Assembly (NCBI GenBank): GCA_963738405.1
Contig: CAVTWJ010000021.1
Coordinates: 41,298-105,297 of the forward strand
Origin: a candidate division FCPU426 bacterium
Lineage (GTDB): Bacteria; Oederibacteriota; Muellerivitia; Muellerivitales; Muellerivitaceae
Direction of reading: 5' to 3'
DNA: 64,000 nucleotides
Positions 10,211 to 18,339 of the stretch are shown here, piece after piece. Under the pieces are notes generated by a model. The model did no database searches. It worked only from the letters and a program-made list of their open reading frames with translations, and had not been told where the DNA came from. Both the position numbers and the translations under genes were made by a program. Within the stretch, counting starts at the first letter, position 1. Every line of letters begins with the position of its first letter.

Positions 10211-10696
10211 TTACGACCCCGACTTTTCCAAATAGCTTTTCAGCATTTCCAAGGTTTGGGTGGTCCTGCGCTTATGGGAAGCAAGCCCGAACCCCAGGCC
10301 AAAATAGATCTTTTCCCCCAGTCCCTTTGGCTCCACTTTCATCCAATAAAAGGAGACTCGGCATCCCTTTTCAAGGGGGGTGATTTCAATCGCGGCCCTT
10401 CCCATTAAATTACCTATGTAATCCATGAATATTCGTCGGGGAGGTTCCAACCCGGCGATCCGGTAGTTGAACTTCGCCGGAGGAAATGTTCCTTCAACCT
10501 CGAAATGGATTTCCTGGCCGACGAAGGCCTTCGACTCCCCCTCCCATTTCATTTTTAAACCCAACCGCCAGCAGGACCGTACTTCCCAATCGATCAGGGC
10601 CCGGTAAATTTTTTCAGGTGAACTTTCAATGTCGATTTCTTCCCGGCTTTGGTAATAAGTCAAACTTCGCTCCTGCCCCTGAAGGTTTCTAAACAA
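10211..10696 (-). CDS. SRPBCC/START-like protein
   Basis: IDIESSPEKIYRALIDW N-terminal pattern and C-terminal helix TLEMLKSYLE. Confidence 0.7.
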   Translation of the reverse strand: MFRNLQGQERSLTYYQSREEIDIESSPEKIYRALIDWEVRSCWRLGLKMKWEGESKAFVGQEIHFEVEGTFPPAKFNYRIAGLEPPRRIFMDYIGNLMGRAAIEITPLEKGCRVSFYWMKVEPKGLGEKIYFGLGFGLASHKRRTTQTLEMLKSYLEKSGS

Positions 10697-10800
10697 TTTT
10701 CACCACCAAGACACGAAGACACCAAGAAAAGCTCTTATTTCCAAGGTCCAAATCCCTATTCTTGCCTAACTTGGTGCCTTGGTGCCTTGGTGGTAGAAAA
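10697..10800. repeat. Complete ~104-bp inverted-repeat element (REP/MITE-like) built of 9-mer CACCAAGRC units
   Basis: Left arm ACCACCAAGACACGAAGACACCAAG versus reverse complement of right arm ACCACCAAGGCACCAAGGCACCAAG, three mismatches. Confidence 0.8.
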
Positions 10801-10829
10801 AGTTTTACTTGTTGTTCCAAGTCAAACTA

Positions 10830-10858
10830 TTGAATTTGGCAAGTCACATTGTTATTTT
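10830..10858 (+). promoter_or_regulatory. Putative sigma70 promoter of mtnB (leaderless-type)
   Basis: TTGAAT-N17-TATTTT with an extended -10 TG, ending 8 nt before the ATG; no SD. Confidence 0.45.
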
Positions 10859-10866
10859 AACTGAAA

Positions 10867-11520
10867 ATGAATATCACCTTAAAAGAAGTCCAAGAAAAAG
10901 CAACTTCCTCCCCCCAGGAAATCCGGGAACTAATCTGCGAGCTTTGCCGCAATTTCTACCAATTAGGCTGGGCTTCCGGCACCGGCGGCGGCATTTCGGT
11001 GCGCGAGGGCGACAAGATTTACATGGCCCCTAGCTCTGTCCAAAAAGAACGTTTAATACCTCAGGATATTTTTGTTCTCGACCTGGAAGGCCAGGTGGTA
11101 CAGGAACCTGGCGGTGACCTGAAGCTTTCCCAATGCGCCCCCCTTTTCATGCACGCCTACAAACAGCGCAACGCCGGGGCGGTACTTCACAGCCATTCCC
11201 TCAACGCCGTCATGGCCACCGAGCTTTTCGACAAACAGTTCAGCGTCCACAACCTGGAAATGCAAAAGGGAGTGGAAGGCTACGGGGCCTTTGACACCGT
11301 GGAAGTGCCGATTATTGACAATACCGCTTACGAATGCGACCTGGCCGATTCCTTGGGCGAGGCTATCCGCAACAACCCCAGGTCCCACGCCATTCTGGTT
11401 CGCAACCACGGGGTCTATGTCTGGGGGAAGGACTGGAAACAGGCCAAGACCCATGCCGAATGCTACGACTACCTCTTCGCCGCCTCTGCCCGCAGAAAAC
11501 AACTGGGGATCGCCCTATAA
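10867..11520 (+). CDS. mtnB: Methylthioribulose-1-phosphate dehydratase
   Basis: Class II aldolase fold: GWASGTGGGIS, VQKER, SQCAPLF, HSHS, HGVYVWG. Confidence 0.93.
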   Translation: MNITLKEVQEKATSSPQEIRELICELCRNFYQLGWASGTGGGISVREGDKIYMAPSSVQKERLIPQDIFVLDLEGQVVQEPGGDLKLSQCAPLFMHAYKQRNAGAVLHSHSLNAVMATELFDKQFSVHNLEMQKGVEGYGAFDTVEVPIIDNTAYECDLADSLGEAIRNNPRSHAILVRNHGVYVWGKDWKQAKTHAECYDYLFAASARRKQLGIAL

Positions 11521-11602
11521 TCCTTTAACATCGGAGGTTTGGAGGGCCGCCAAATCTTTACCAACCATTTAAAATATCAATCAGTTAGTAAGGGGAGGAA
11601 TC

Positions 11603-12070
11603 ATGAAAGCCATTTGGATCGATACGAATAAAGAAATTACCGCCGAGGAGCTCAACGCCCAGGGCGTGACTTACGAGCAGTTCGAAACCGACGAAACCAA
11701 ATACAAGGGGCCTCTGGAGGCCCTCATGAAAGAACGCGGCTATGTCACCATGGACCAGGTGAAGATGTGGCCCGAGATGCCCAACTTCGACGCCCTCTGC
11801 CAAAAGTTCGTGGGCGAGCACCTGCACACCGACGACGAAGTCCGCTTCCTTTTGGGCGGCTCGGGAGTCTTTGAAATCCGAAGCCTCGACGACCGCTGGA
11901 TGAAGGTCACGGTCGAACCCAGCGACTTCATATTGGTTCCCGCCAACCGTTTCCACCGCTTTTATCTGACCGAAGAAAAGAACATCCATTGCGTCCGGCT
12001 CTTCAAGGACCAATCGGGCTGGACCCCCCTCTACCGCAAGGACTTGGAAGCGGCGGGCGCCACCACATAA
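11603..12070 (+). CDS. mtnD: Acireductone dioxygenase
   Basis: EHLHTDDEVRF and HRF cupin metal ligands, RLF; adjacent to mtnB; GGAGG RBS. Confidence 0.93.
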   Translation: MKAIWIDTNKEITAEELNAQGVTYEQFETDETKYKGPLEALMKERGYVTMDQVKMWPEMPNFDALCQKFVGEHLHTDDEVRFLLGGSGVFEIRSLDDRWMKVTVEPSDFILVPANRFHRFYLTEEKNIHCVRLFKDQSGWTPLYRKDLEAAGATT

Positions 12071-12089
12071 GGTTGTCTTCGGTTCAACG

Positions 12090-12120
12090 AAGGGGCGGGA
12101 TCATTCCCGCCCCTTTTTTT
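12090..12120 (+). terminator. Intrinsic terminator after mtnD
   Basis: AAGGGGCGGGA-tcat-TCCCGCCCCTT followed by a T-run. Confidence 0.9.
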
Positions 12121-12193
12121 GTGTCCCTAATCCCTACTCCAATTGAAGTGGCTATAATGACCGGGCTTTCACCAACTTCTCTTTCGGGGTGCT

Positions 12194-12733
12194 ATGCCGG
12201 AGTTTATTTTAACGCCTGAAAAAAAAACGCTTCCTCAAGCCCCTTCCCTTCTGGATCAAATCCATAAATTGGGATTTCCGGTCGAAATCAATGTGAAGGG
12301 AAAGCCGGAAAACTGGGAATCCCTTCGTTTTTATGAACCCGGTCCCCCAGAAATTGAATGCCATGTGATTTACGATGCCGAGGAAGGCCGGTACGTCCTT
12401 CAGGTATCTTCCGACTCCCCGACCGAGGCCTATGACCTTCAACTTTCTCTCGTGGAAATTCTTCTTAAAAACCTTGGCGGCCAGGTGGATAACCGCTTCA
12501 CCCGCGAGAGATTTTCCGCCGCCGAATTCATCAAAAAAATGGCTCATCACCGGGGCTCCCTAAGCGCTCACTGGGATATCCTCTGGCTGGTCTTTTCCTG
12601 GGCGGTCGTCTTTTTCGGAATTTTTCTTTGTTTCTCAGTCCACCCCGGCATGCAGGGGGCCGTGGTTTCCATCGTGGTATTGGCACTGATAAGCGCCGCA
12701 GGTTTAACCTACACCCGATTTAAAAGCAAATGA
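12194..12733 (+). CDS. Hypothetical protein with two C-terminal TM helices
   Basis: 179-aa ORF; ATGA overlap with queG. Confidence 0.65.
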   Translation: MPEFILTPEKKTLPQAPSLLDQIHKLGFPVEINVKGKPENWESLRFYEPGPPEIECHVIYDAEEGRYVLQVSSDSPTEAYDLQLSLVEILLKNLGGQVDNRFTRERFSAAEFIKKMAHHRGSLSAHWDILWLVFSWAVVFFGIFLCFSVHPGMQGAVVSIVVLALISAAGLTYTRFKSK

Positions 12734-13644
12734 CCCCGGCGGAAACCACCCGCCTTTTGAAACAGAAAGCCACCGAACTTGGGTTCGAGCTTTCCGGCGC
12801 GGCCCCCGCCCTTCCCTCCCCTAATTTTGCCTATTACCTGGATTGGCTCGCCAAGGGCTACGCGGGTGAAATGGGCTATCTGGAACGCCGAAAGGCCGAA
12901 CGCGGCGATCCCCAATTGGTTCTCCCAGGCGCCAAATCGTTTTTTTGTGTGGGCCTTAGCTACAACCCCCAACCTGAACATTACCCCCTGTTAGAGAAAC
13001 ATCCCATTTCCTGTTACGCCTGGGGACAGGATTACCACAAGGTTTTGGGTGAAAAGTTAAAAGCTCTGAGGGATTACCTTTGCGAAACCCTCTGCCCCGG
13101 CGCCCAGGCCAAGTGGTATGTGGATACCGGACCAGTTTTGGAGCGTAGCTTCGCCGCCCAGGCGGGCTTGGGTTGGATCGGCAAGAACACCCTGCTCTTA
13201 AACCGCAAGTTCGGGTCTCTTTTGTTTTTGGGAGAAATCCTAACGGATGTTGAACTGACCTATGACGAACCCGTCGATAACCTTTGCAAAACCTGCACTT
13301 CCTGCCTGGATGCCTGCCCGGTTGGTGCTTTGGAAGAGGCTGGTGTCTTAAACGCAAACAAATGCATCAGCTACCTCACCCTCGAACATCGTTCGGATTT
13401 TAAAGGTCATGTGGACCTGCACGGCTATCTGGCCGGTTGTGACCTCTGCCAAACCGTTTGCCCCTACAACGCCAATGCCCCGGCGGGACGAGAGGAAGCC
13501 TTTGCTCCCCGGCCTGAAATTCTGGAGTTAACGAAGGAGAAAGCCTCTCAAATGGTCGAAGAGGATTTTAAGAAATTCATTGAGAAGAGTGCGTTGGAAA
13601 GAATTAAATATCCAATGTGGAAAAGAAATACGAATTCAGGATAG
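12730..13644 (+). CDS. queG: Epoxyqueuosine reductase
   Basis: YAWGQDYH, VDTGPVLER, AGLGWIGKN, CKTCTSCLDACP, CISYLT, GCDLCQTVCP. Confidence 0.95.
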   Translation: MTPAETTRLLKQKATELGFELSGAAPALPSPNFAYYLDWLAKGYAGEMGYLERRKAERGDPQLVLPGAKSFFCVGLSYNPQPEHYPLLEKHPISCYAWGQDYHKVLGEKLKALRDYLCETLCPGAQAKWYVDTGPVLERSFAAQAGLGWIGKNTLLLNRKFGSLLFLGEILTDVELTYDEPVDNLCKTCTSCLDACPVGALEEAGVLNANKCISYLTLEHRSDFKGHVDLHGYLAGCDLCQTVCPYNANAPAGREEAFAPRPEILELTKEKASQMVEEDFKKFIEKSALERIKYPMWKRNTNSG

Positions 13645-13653
13645 AACGCCAAA

Positions 13654-13687
13654 GATTGTCCTATCTGGATCCCCATAGTGGACAATC
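13654..13687 (-). other. Dyad site A: TTGTCC-N5-GGGGATCC-N5-GGACAA (minus-strand reading)
   Basis: GATTGTCC/GGACAATC inverted arms separated by 18 bp; related to site B in inverted orientation. Confidence 0.55.
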
Positions 13688-13727
13688 CCAAATTAAATTT
13701 AAGCAGTTTATGAGGTTGGTTTCCTTT

Positions 13728-14255
13728 TCAGCCCGCAACCTCTTTCAAGAGTGCCAAAATCTTGCCTTCGCCATCTCGGTTCGAAACCCTGTCGAATACA
13801 AACATAAAAACTGTAAAGAGAGTCAGTATCAACTCGAAAATTGAATATGGAACCCACTCAATCGTTTGGTGACTCAACCCTGGCAATTGAAGAAAGCTTT
13901 TTGCCAATACAAACAGAAAAAGTCCTAACGCAATAAAAGCTAGTAACCAAATGGGGAAAGCGGGTCCAGGCAAACATCCATAAATGCGGCTTCCTTTACC
14001 CCGGTTTTCGATCTTACCCCGAATGGTTATTTTCCCTGCCCCACGAGAGAAAAGTGAAGAAAGTGGGGTAAAAGATATTTTGAAACTTCCGTTTTCCACA
14101 TTCCCAACGAGTTTCTCGTAATAGGGCAGTAAATGGAACGTCGGCTCTTTGATGATTCGACTCGACAATTCATGCTCGATTTTTTCTGGAGAATCGGAAC
14201 TGTTTATTTCAAAGGGCCGCCATAAAAATATTTTGATTCGTGTCAAAAAAGGCAT
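13728..14255 (-). CDS. Hypothetical AT-rich membrane protein (two C-terminal TM helices)
   Basis: 175-aa ORF, GAGGT RBS, visibly lower GC than neighbouring core genes. Confidence 0.65.
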   Translation of the reverse strand: MPFLTRIKIFLWRPFEINSSDSPEKIEHELSSRIIKEPTFHLLPYYEKLVGNVENGSFKISFTPLSSLFSRGAGKITIRGKIENRGKGSRIYGCLPGPAFPIWLLAFIALGLFLFVLAKSFLQLPGLSHQTIEWVPYSIFELILTLFTVFMFVFDRVSNRDGEGKILALLKEVAG

Positions 14256-14284
14256 ATCAACACCTCAATGAGCATTTAATTTTC

Positions 14285-14315
14285 TTGTCCAAACCGGGGA
14301 CCCGTCGGGGACAAT
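14285..14315 (+). other. Dyad site B: TTGTCC-N5-GGGGACCC-N5-GGACAA
   Basis: Same arms and 18-bp spacing as site A; central 8-mer differs at one position. Confidence 0.55.
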
Positions 14316-14323
14316 TAATTCTA

Positions 14324-15109
14324 TTACTCTGGCATATCAATCTTAGGAATACTGCTTTCCGGCACATGATGCATGCCGTGGGCACCAGCTTTGCGAATGG
14401 TTTCAAAAAAAAGCCCGAAATCTTCTTTCAGTTTTGAAATATCCAACCCCAAATAGGTTTCAGGAAGCTGATTCCATTTATCCAAAGCCTTCTCATACAT
14501 CCCCATGGCGCCGGGCCAGTTGCCGTTCTTGTAGTGGTGAACGCCCACGGCGACTTGAATAATTGCTTGATAGTGCAACTTATCCAAACCCTCCACCTTC
14601 ATCCAAATATCCTCAATCATTTCATGGCATTCGAAATAGAACCCACCGTTGAATAGGCGTATTCCCTCCAGGTATTCATGAAGGTATTTAGAATTCTCAT
14701 CGGCTTCCCAATCCTTTTTCATGACTTCCTCAATCAGGGTCTGGTCCGCCTCGGGGAAGTTGTATTTGGAAAGATCATCGGGCTTCACCCAGGCAAAATC
14801 GGCCACCTCGATCTTCTGGGGAACCCCGCTTTTGATTCCGCAAAGGAAGATGTTCAGGCGCACCGCGCGGTTGGGATACTGGTAATTGACGATCTTGTAG
14901 AACTTGCGGATGAAAACTTCAATGCCCAGTTCTTCCTTCAGTTCCCGCACCACGCATTGTTCCAGCGATTCGTTGGGTTCTTTCTTGCCGCCGGGCAGTT
15001 CCCAGAAGCCCCCGAAAGAATCCTCGGGGCGTCTTTGGGTGATGAGATAAAGCCCATTCTCATAGATTAGGGCCGCGCCGACTTCGAGGGGGGATTGAGG
15101 GAAATTCAT
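14324..15109 (-). CDS. mutT: MutT-type Nudix hydrolase fused to a DUF309 domain
   Basis: WELPGGK...RELKEELGI Nudix box and FPEAD. The C-terminal half GIRLFNGGFYFECHEMIEDIW...QAIIQVAVGVHH is the DUF309 pattern. Confidence 0.85.
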   Translation of the reverse strand: MNFPQSPLEVGAALIYENGLYLITQRRPEDSFGGFWELPGGKKEPNESLEQCVVRELKEELGIEVFIRKFYKIVNYQYPNRAVRLNIFLCGIKSGVPQKIEVADFAWVKPDDLSKYNFPEADQTLIEEVMKKDWEADENSKYLHEYLEGIRLFNGGFYFECHEMIEDIWMKVEGLDKLHYQAIIQVAVGVHHYKNGNWPGAMGMYEKALDKWNQLPETYLGLDISKLKEDFGLFFETIRKAGAHGMHHVPESSIPKIDMPE

Positions 15110-15163
15110 AGGGGAAATGTACCTGAAAATCGCTAATGAACCAACAAAGGAAACATCTAAATA

Positions 15164-15252
15164 TTCACCACCAAGGCACCAAGAACGGGATTAGATTATT
15201 TTAAAACCCCTATAAGGTTTATTTTGGTTTTACTTGGCGCCTTGGGGGTAAA
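15164..15252. repeat. Second complete (degenerate) copy of the CACCAAGRC inverted-repeat element
   Basis: Left arm TTCACCACCAAGGCACCAAG; right arm CTTGGCGCCTTGGGGGTAAA lies inside the last codons of the GIY-YIG gene. Confidence 0.7.
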
Positions 15253-15605
15253 GATTGCTTTTTCTTTCTGGCTCGCCTTTTCCTCTTCTTCGGTTTTTGG
15301 GTTTTCTGAAAGGGCATTTTGCCTTTTGTATCCGGCGGAGGAAGAGTTTCCCCGCCGATCAGGCGGATCTTTCGGGCCTTGGGGACCTTTTTAACCTGGT
15401 ATTCACGCCGAAGGGCCGTGGAATAGTCACCCTGGGGTTCCTGGAAGATCAGCCGAACCGGCCCATGGGCGGCGGTATATTTGCTTCCCTTGCCCGAATT
15501 ATGGGTCTCGATGCGCTTTTCAACGTCCTTGGCGATGCCGGTGTAATAGGTGCCATCGGCGCATTCGGCGATGTAAAGGCTCCACTCTTCCTTGGGGTTC
15601 TTCAC
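15219..15605 (-). CDS. GIY-YIG nuclease family protein (UPF0213-like) with basic tail
   Basis: SLYIAECADGTYYTG, R...HNSGKGSKYT, ALRREYQVK. Confidence 0.9.
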   Translation of the reverse strand: MKNPKEEWSLYIAECADGTYYTGIAKDVEKRIETHNSGKGSKYTAAHGPVRLIFQEPQGDYSTALRREYQVKKVPKARKIRLIGGETLPPPDTKGKMPFQKTQKPKKRKRRARKKKQSLPPRRQVKPK

Positions 15606-15612
15606 CGGCCCC

Positions 15613-16446
15613 TCAGTTCACAAACACGATCTCGCCGACCGGGGGAATGAGCTTCATCTTTTCGCCCTCACCCAGGAAAAGCTTCACGGCCTTCTTACCC
15701 TCTTCCCCCATATCCACTGTGCGATCATTGACCCACATGCCGACGAACTTGTCTGCCACTTCCCGCGAAAGGCCCCGGCCGAAACCGAGGGCGTAATCCA
15801 GCGCTTCGTCACGGTGCGCCAGGGAATATTCGATCGATTGCTTGAGGTGCCTGGAAACCTTAGCCTTCACATCGGGGGCCAAGTCCTTGCGGATGGCATT
15901 TAAGCCCATGGGAAGCACCATGCCGGTCTTTTGAAACCACCATTCGCCCAGTTCTAATATTTTGTGCAGGCCCTTTTCGTGGTAGGTCAGCTGGCCCTCG
16001 TGGATCAGCAATCCCGCCTCCACCGTTCCCTTCACCACCTCATCCATGATGTGATCAAAATCCACGACCACTTCCACGAAATCGGGCAGGCAAAGCCTCA
16101 GGGCCAAGTAAGCGCTGGTCAATTTTCCAGGCACCGCGATTTTCCGGCCCTTGAGCTGGTCGATGGTCATGGCTTCGGTGGCCACCACCATGGGGCCGTA
16201 GTTGCGGCCGATGGAACCACCGTGGGTCAAGACATCGTACTTGTCCTTCACATAGGCGTAAGCGTGGGCCGAAATGGCCGTGACTTCCATGCGCCCTTCC
16301 CGGGCCCAGTCGTTGAGGGTCTGGATGTCTTTCAAAACATGTTCATATTCGATGCCCTCGGTGTCCAGCTTGCCCTTGGCGAGGCCATAAAACATGAAGG
16401 CGTCGTCGGCGTCGGGGCTGTGGGCGAGGCGGATGCGGGTGGTCAT
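15613..16446 (-). CDS. mqnD: 1,4-dihydroxy-6-naphthoate synthase (futalosine menaquinone pathway)
   Basis: HSPDADDAFMF, IAVPGKLTSA, GLLIHEGQLTY. Start set at MTTRIR behind an AAAGGGA RBS. Confidence 0.9.
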   Translation of the reverse strand: MTTRIRLAHSPDADDAFMFYGLAKGKLDTEGIEYEHVLKDIQTLNDWAREGRMEVTAISAHAYAYVKDKYDVLTHGGSIGRNYGPMVVATEAMTIDQLKGRKIAVPGKLTSAYLALRLCLPDFVEVVVDFDHIMDEVVKGTVEAGLLIHEGQLTYHEKGLHKILELGEWWFQKTGMVLPMGLNAIRKDLAPDVKAKVSRHLKQSIEYSLAHRDEALDYALGFGRGLSREVADKFVGMWVNDRTVDMGEEGKKAVKLFLGEGEKMKLIPPVGEIVFVN

Positions 16447-16541
16447 GAAAATCCCTTTCAAATGATTCGGAATGGCTTGTTTATTTTTCATCTTCCCGGC
16501 AGGGAGCGGTTTTTTCAACCGGAATCATGGGAGGGGGACAT

Positions 16542-16575
16542 AAAAAAAGGCTCCGGGTCCCTGGTCCCGGAGCCT
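16542..16575 (-). terminator. Intrinsic terminator after the Thr-rich lipoprotein gene
   Basis: AGGCTCCGGG...CCCGGAGCCT stem with a T-run on the minus strand. Confidence 0.85.
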
Positions 16576-16594
16576 ATACGAAGACGAGAAAAGG

Positions 16595-18268
16595 TCAATT
16601 AACCGTAATGGTGCCCGCCATGGCCGTGCAATTGGTGGAGCCGCAAGCGTTCGTGCTGCAGGTCCTCGCGTGATTACCGCAATGGAAATAATAGATTCCT
16701 GTGGCAGGAAAGACATAGGTTATAGGGCCGCTCGTGGTTCCGCCCGTCACGAGGCAGGTCACGGAACCGTTGTCAAACCACAAGGGATGGGTGCCGTTGG
16801 CGGGCAAAATAATCGTATCGCCCACATGGGCCGTTAGGGTCAAGGACCCTCCGGTCGCCGTGGTTCCCCCGCTTGCCGTATAAATAAAGCCGCTGGCGGA
16901 AATGCCGGTAGAAACCGACGCGGTGGAAACCGTGATAGTCACGGGTGCGGCGGTCGAGGTAATGGTTGGGGTAAAAGTTTTGGTCAAAGTCATGGTCGCG
17001 GTAAAGGTGGAGGTGGGCGTACCCGTAGTGGTTGGCGTGTTGGTAATAGTGGGACTATTGGTGGCCGTGACGGTCAAAGTGGCGGTGGGGGTGTTGGAGG
17101 GGGTCGAGGTTGGGGTTTTCGTCGAACTATTGGTAGTGGTTGCCGTGGCAGTGGCGGTGGAGGTTGCCGTCGGGCTGTTGGTAGGTGTGGATGTCTGGGT
17201 TTGCGTCGGCGTATTGGAAGGGGTGGAGGTGGCTGTAGCCGTGGAGGTCGTCGTTGGACTGTTAGTAGGCGTCGAAGAAGAAGTTGCCGTTCCCGTTACC
17301 GTGGCTGTAAAGGTGGCTGTTCGAGTGGAAGTCTCCGTCGGACTGTTCGAGGGTGTGGCGGTTCCGGTTTGAGTGGAGGTATTAGAAGGGGTGGAGGTAG
17401 GGGTGTTTGTAGCGGTCACGGTGGGGCTGTTCGTGGATGTAGCCGTGGACGTAACCGTTGAAGTCACAGTGAGAGTAAAGGTTCCGGTAAAGGTGGCTGT
17501 CACAGTCGGGCTATTCGTGGGCGTGGGGGTAAAGCTGGTGGTAGGGCTGTTCGTCGGGGTGGAGGTTGAGGTGGGGGTTGGGCTATTCGTGGAGGTTGAA
17601 GTTTGGGTGGTCGTGGAGGTGACCGTTGGGCTGTTGGTGGGAGTCGGAGAAAAGCTTGGCGTGGGCGTATAGGATGGAGTGGAGGTAATCGTCGGCGTGG
17701 CGGTATCGGTGGGGGTTCCGGTATAGGTCAGGCTGGGGGTGGGGGTAGGTGAAAGGGTATCCGTCGGGGAGGGGGTCGCGGTCGGGGTATCCGAGGGGGT
17801 AAAGCTGTTGGTGGATGTTGGGGTAGGGGTGGGACTATTAGTAATAGTCGGTGTATCGGTCGGGAGGGGGGTATTTGTGGAGGTGAGTGTGGGTGTTGAA
17901 GTTAAAGTGTTGGTAATCGTGGGGGAGAAAGTGGAAGTTCCCGTTGGGGTAGAAGTTGAGGTGGGAGTGGGACTATTGGATGCCGTGGGACTGGAAGTAG
18001 GTGTCGAACTGAAAACCGCAGTATGGGTCGCGGTTCCCGTGGGGGTAGGGCTAGAAGTAGGAGTGTTTGTGGAAGCCAAAGTGGAGGTGGATGTCGGGGT
18101 CGAAGTGGAGGTTCCAGTGACAGGCGTGGCGGTGGGATTGGAATTGTTCGGGGGGCTCGTGGGAGATGATTCTGAGGGACGGGAACAGGAAATAGCGGTT
18201 AGACCACCCACCCATAGAACCAAAAATGTAAAGGCAACCCTGAAACGCACTTCATCCTCCCCCAACAA
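16595..18268 (-). CDS. Mucin-like Thr/Ser/Pro-rich lipoprotein with C-terminal cupredoxin-like domain
   Basis: Signal peptide ending LTAISC, ~400 aa of T/S/P repeats, then GDTIIL...HPLWF...[14 protein letters not shown]...MAGTITV. Start codon uncertain. Confidence 0.8.
   Translation of the reverse strand: MLGEDEVRFRVAFTFLVLWVGGLTAISCSRPSESSPTSPPNNSNPTATPVTGTSTSTPTSTSTLASTNTPTSSPTPTGTATHTAVFSSTPTSSPTASNSPTPTSTSTPTGTSTFSPTITNTLTSTPTLTSTNTPLPTDTPTITNSPTPTPTSTNSFTPSDTPTATPSPTDTLSPTPTPSLTYTGTPTDTATPTITSTPSYTPTPSFSPTPTNSPTVTSTTTQTSTSTNSPTPTSTSTPTNSPTTSFTPTPTNSPTVTATFTGTFTLTVTSTVTSTATSTNSPTVTATNTPTSTPSNTSTQTGTATPSNSPTETSTRTATFTATVTGTATSSSTPTNSPTTTSTATATSTPSNTPTQTQTSTPTNSPTATSTATATATTTNSSTKTPTSTPSNTPTATLTVTATNSPTITNTPTTTGTPTSTFTATMTLTKTFTPTITSTAAPVTITVSTASVSTGISASGFIYTASGGTTATGGSLTLTAHVGDTIILPANGTHPLWFDNGSVTCLVTGGTTSGPITYVFPATGIYYFHCGNHARTCSTNACGSTNCTAMAGTITVN
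16950..18170 (-). repeat. Degenerate low-complexity coding repeat (TPTNSPT-like units)
   Basis: Recurrent TNSPT/TPT/TAT peptides with divergent synonymous codons; boundaries approximate. Confidence 0.85.
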
Positions 18269-18339
18269 CCCATAGGTCTAACATTTGGCTCTATTGACTA
18301 GAGGGGGGGCAAGGGAAGGGTTACCTAACCTAAAACAAA

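Noticed and set aside
10697..10800. Possible mini-CRISPR
   Set aside because: The repeats are 9-mer tandems in inverted arms, not direct repeats with unique spacers; no cas genes are present.
10836..10853. Possible sigma54 promoter (TTGGCAAG...TTGT) or SAM riboswitch before mtnB
   Set aside because: The GG-N10-GC spacing is not met, and there is no room or conserved core for a SAM riboswitch.
13645..14320. Integron attC interpretation of the dyad sites
   Set aside because: No RYYYAAC/GTTRRRY ends, the sites are inverted rather than direct, and no intI is present.
15219..15605. GIY-YIG gene as a homing endonuclease or mobile element
   Set aside because: It is the short stand-alone housekeeping type, not within an intron, and is coupled to mqnD.
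16902..18275. Long Val/Gly-rich ORFs on the + strand (156, 99 and 178 aa)
   Set aside because: Antisense shadows of the Thr/Pro/Ser codons of the stalk protein; interrupted by stops and without RBS.
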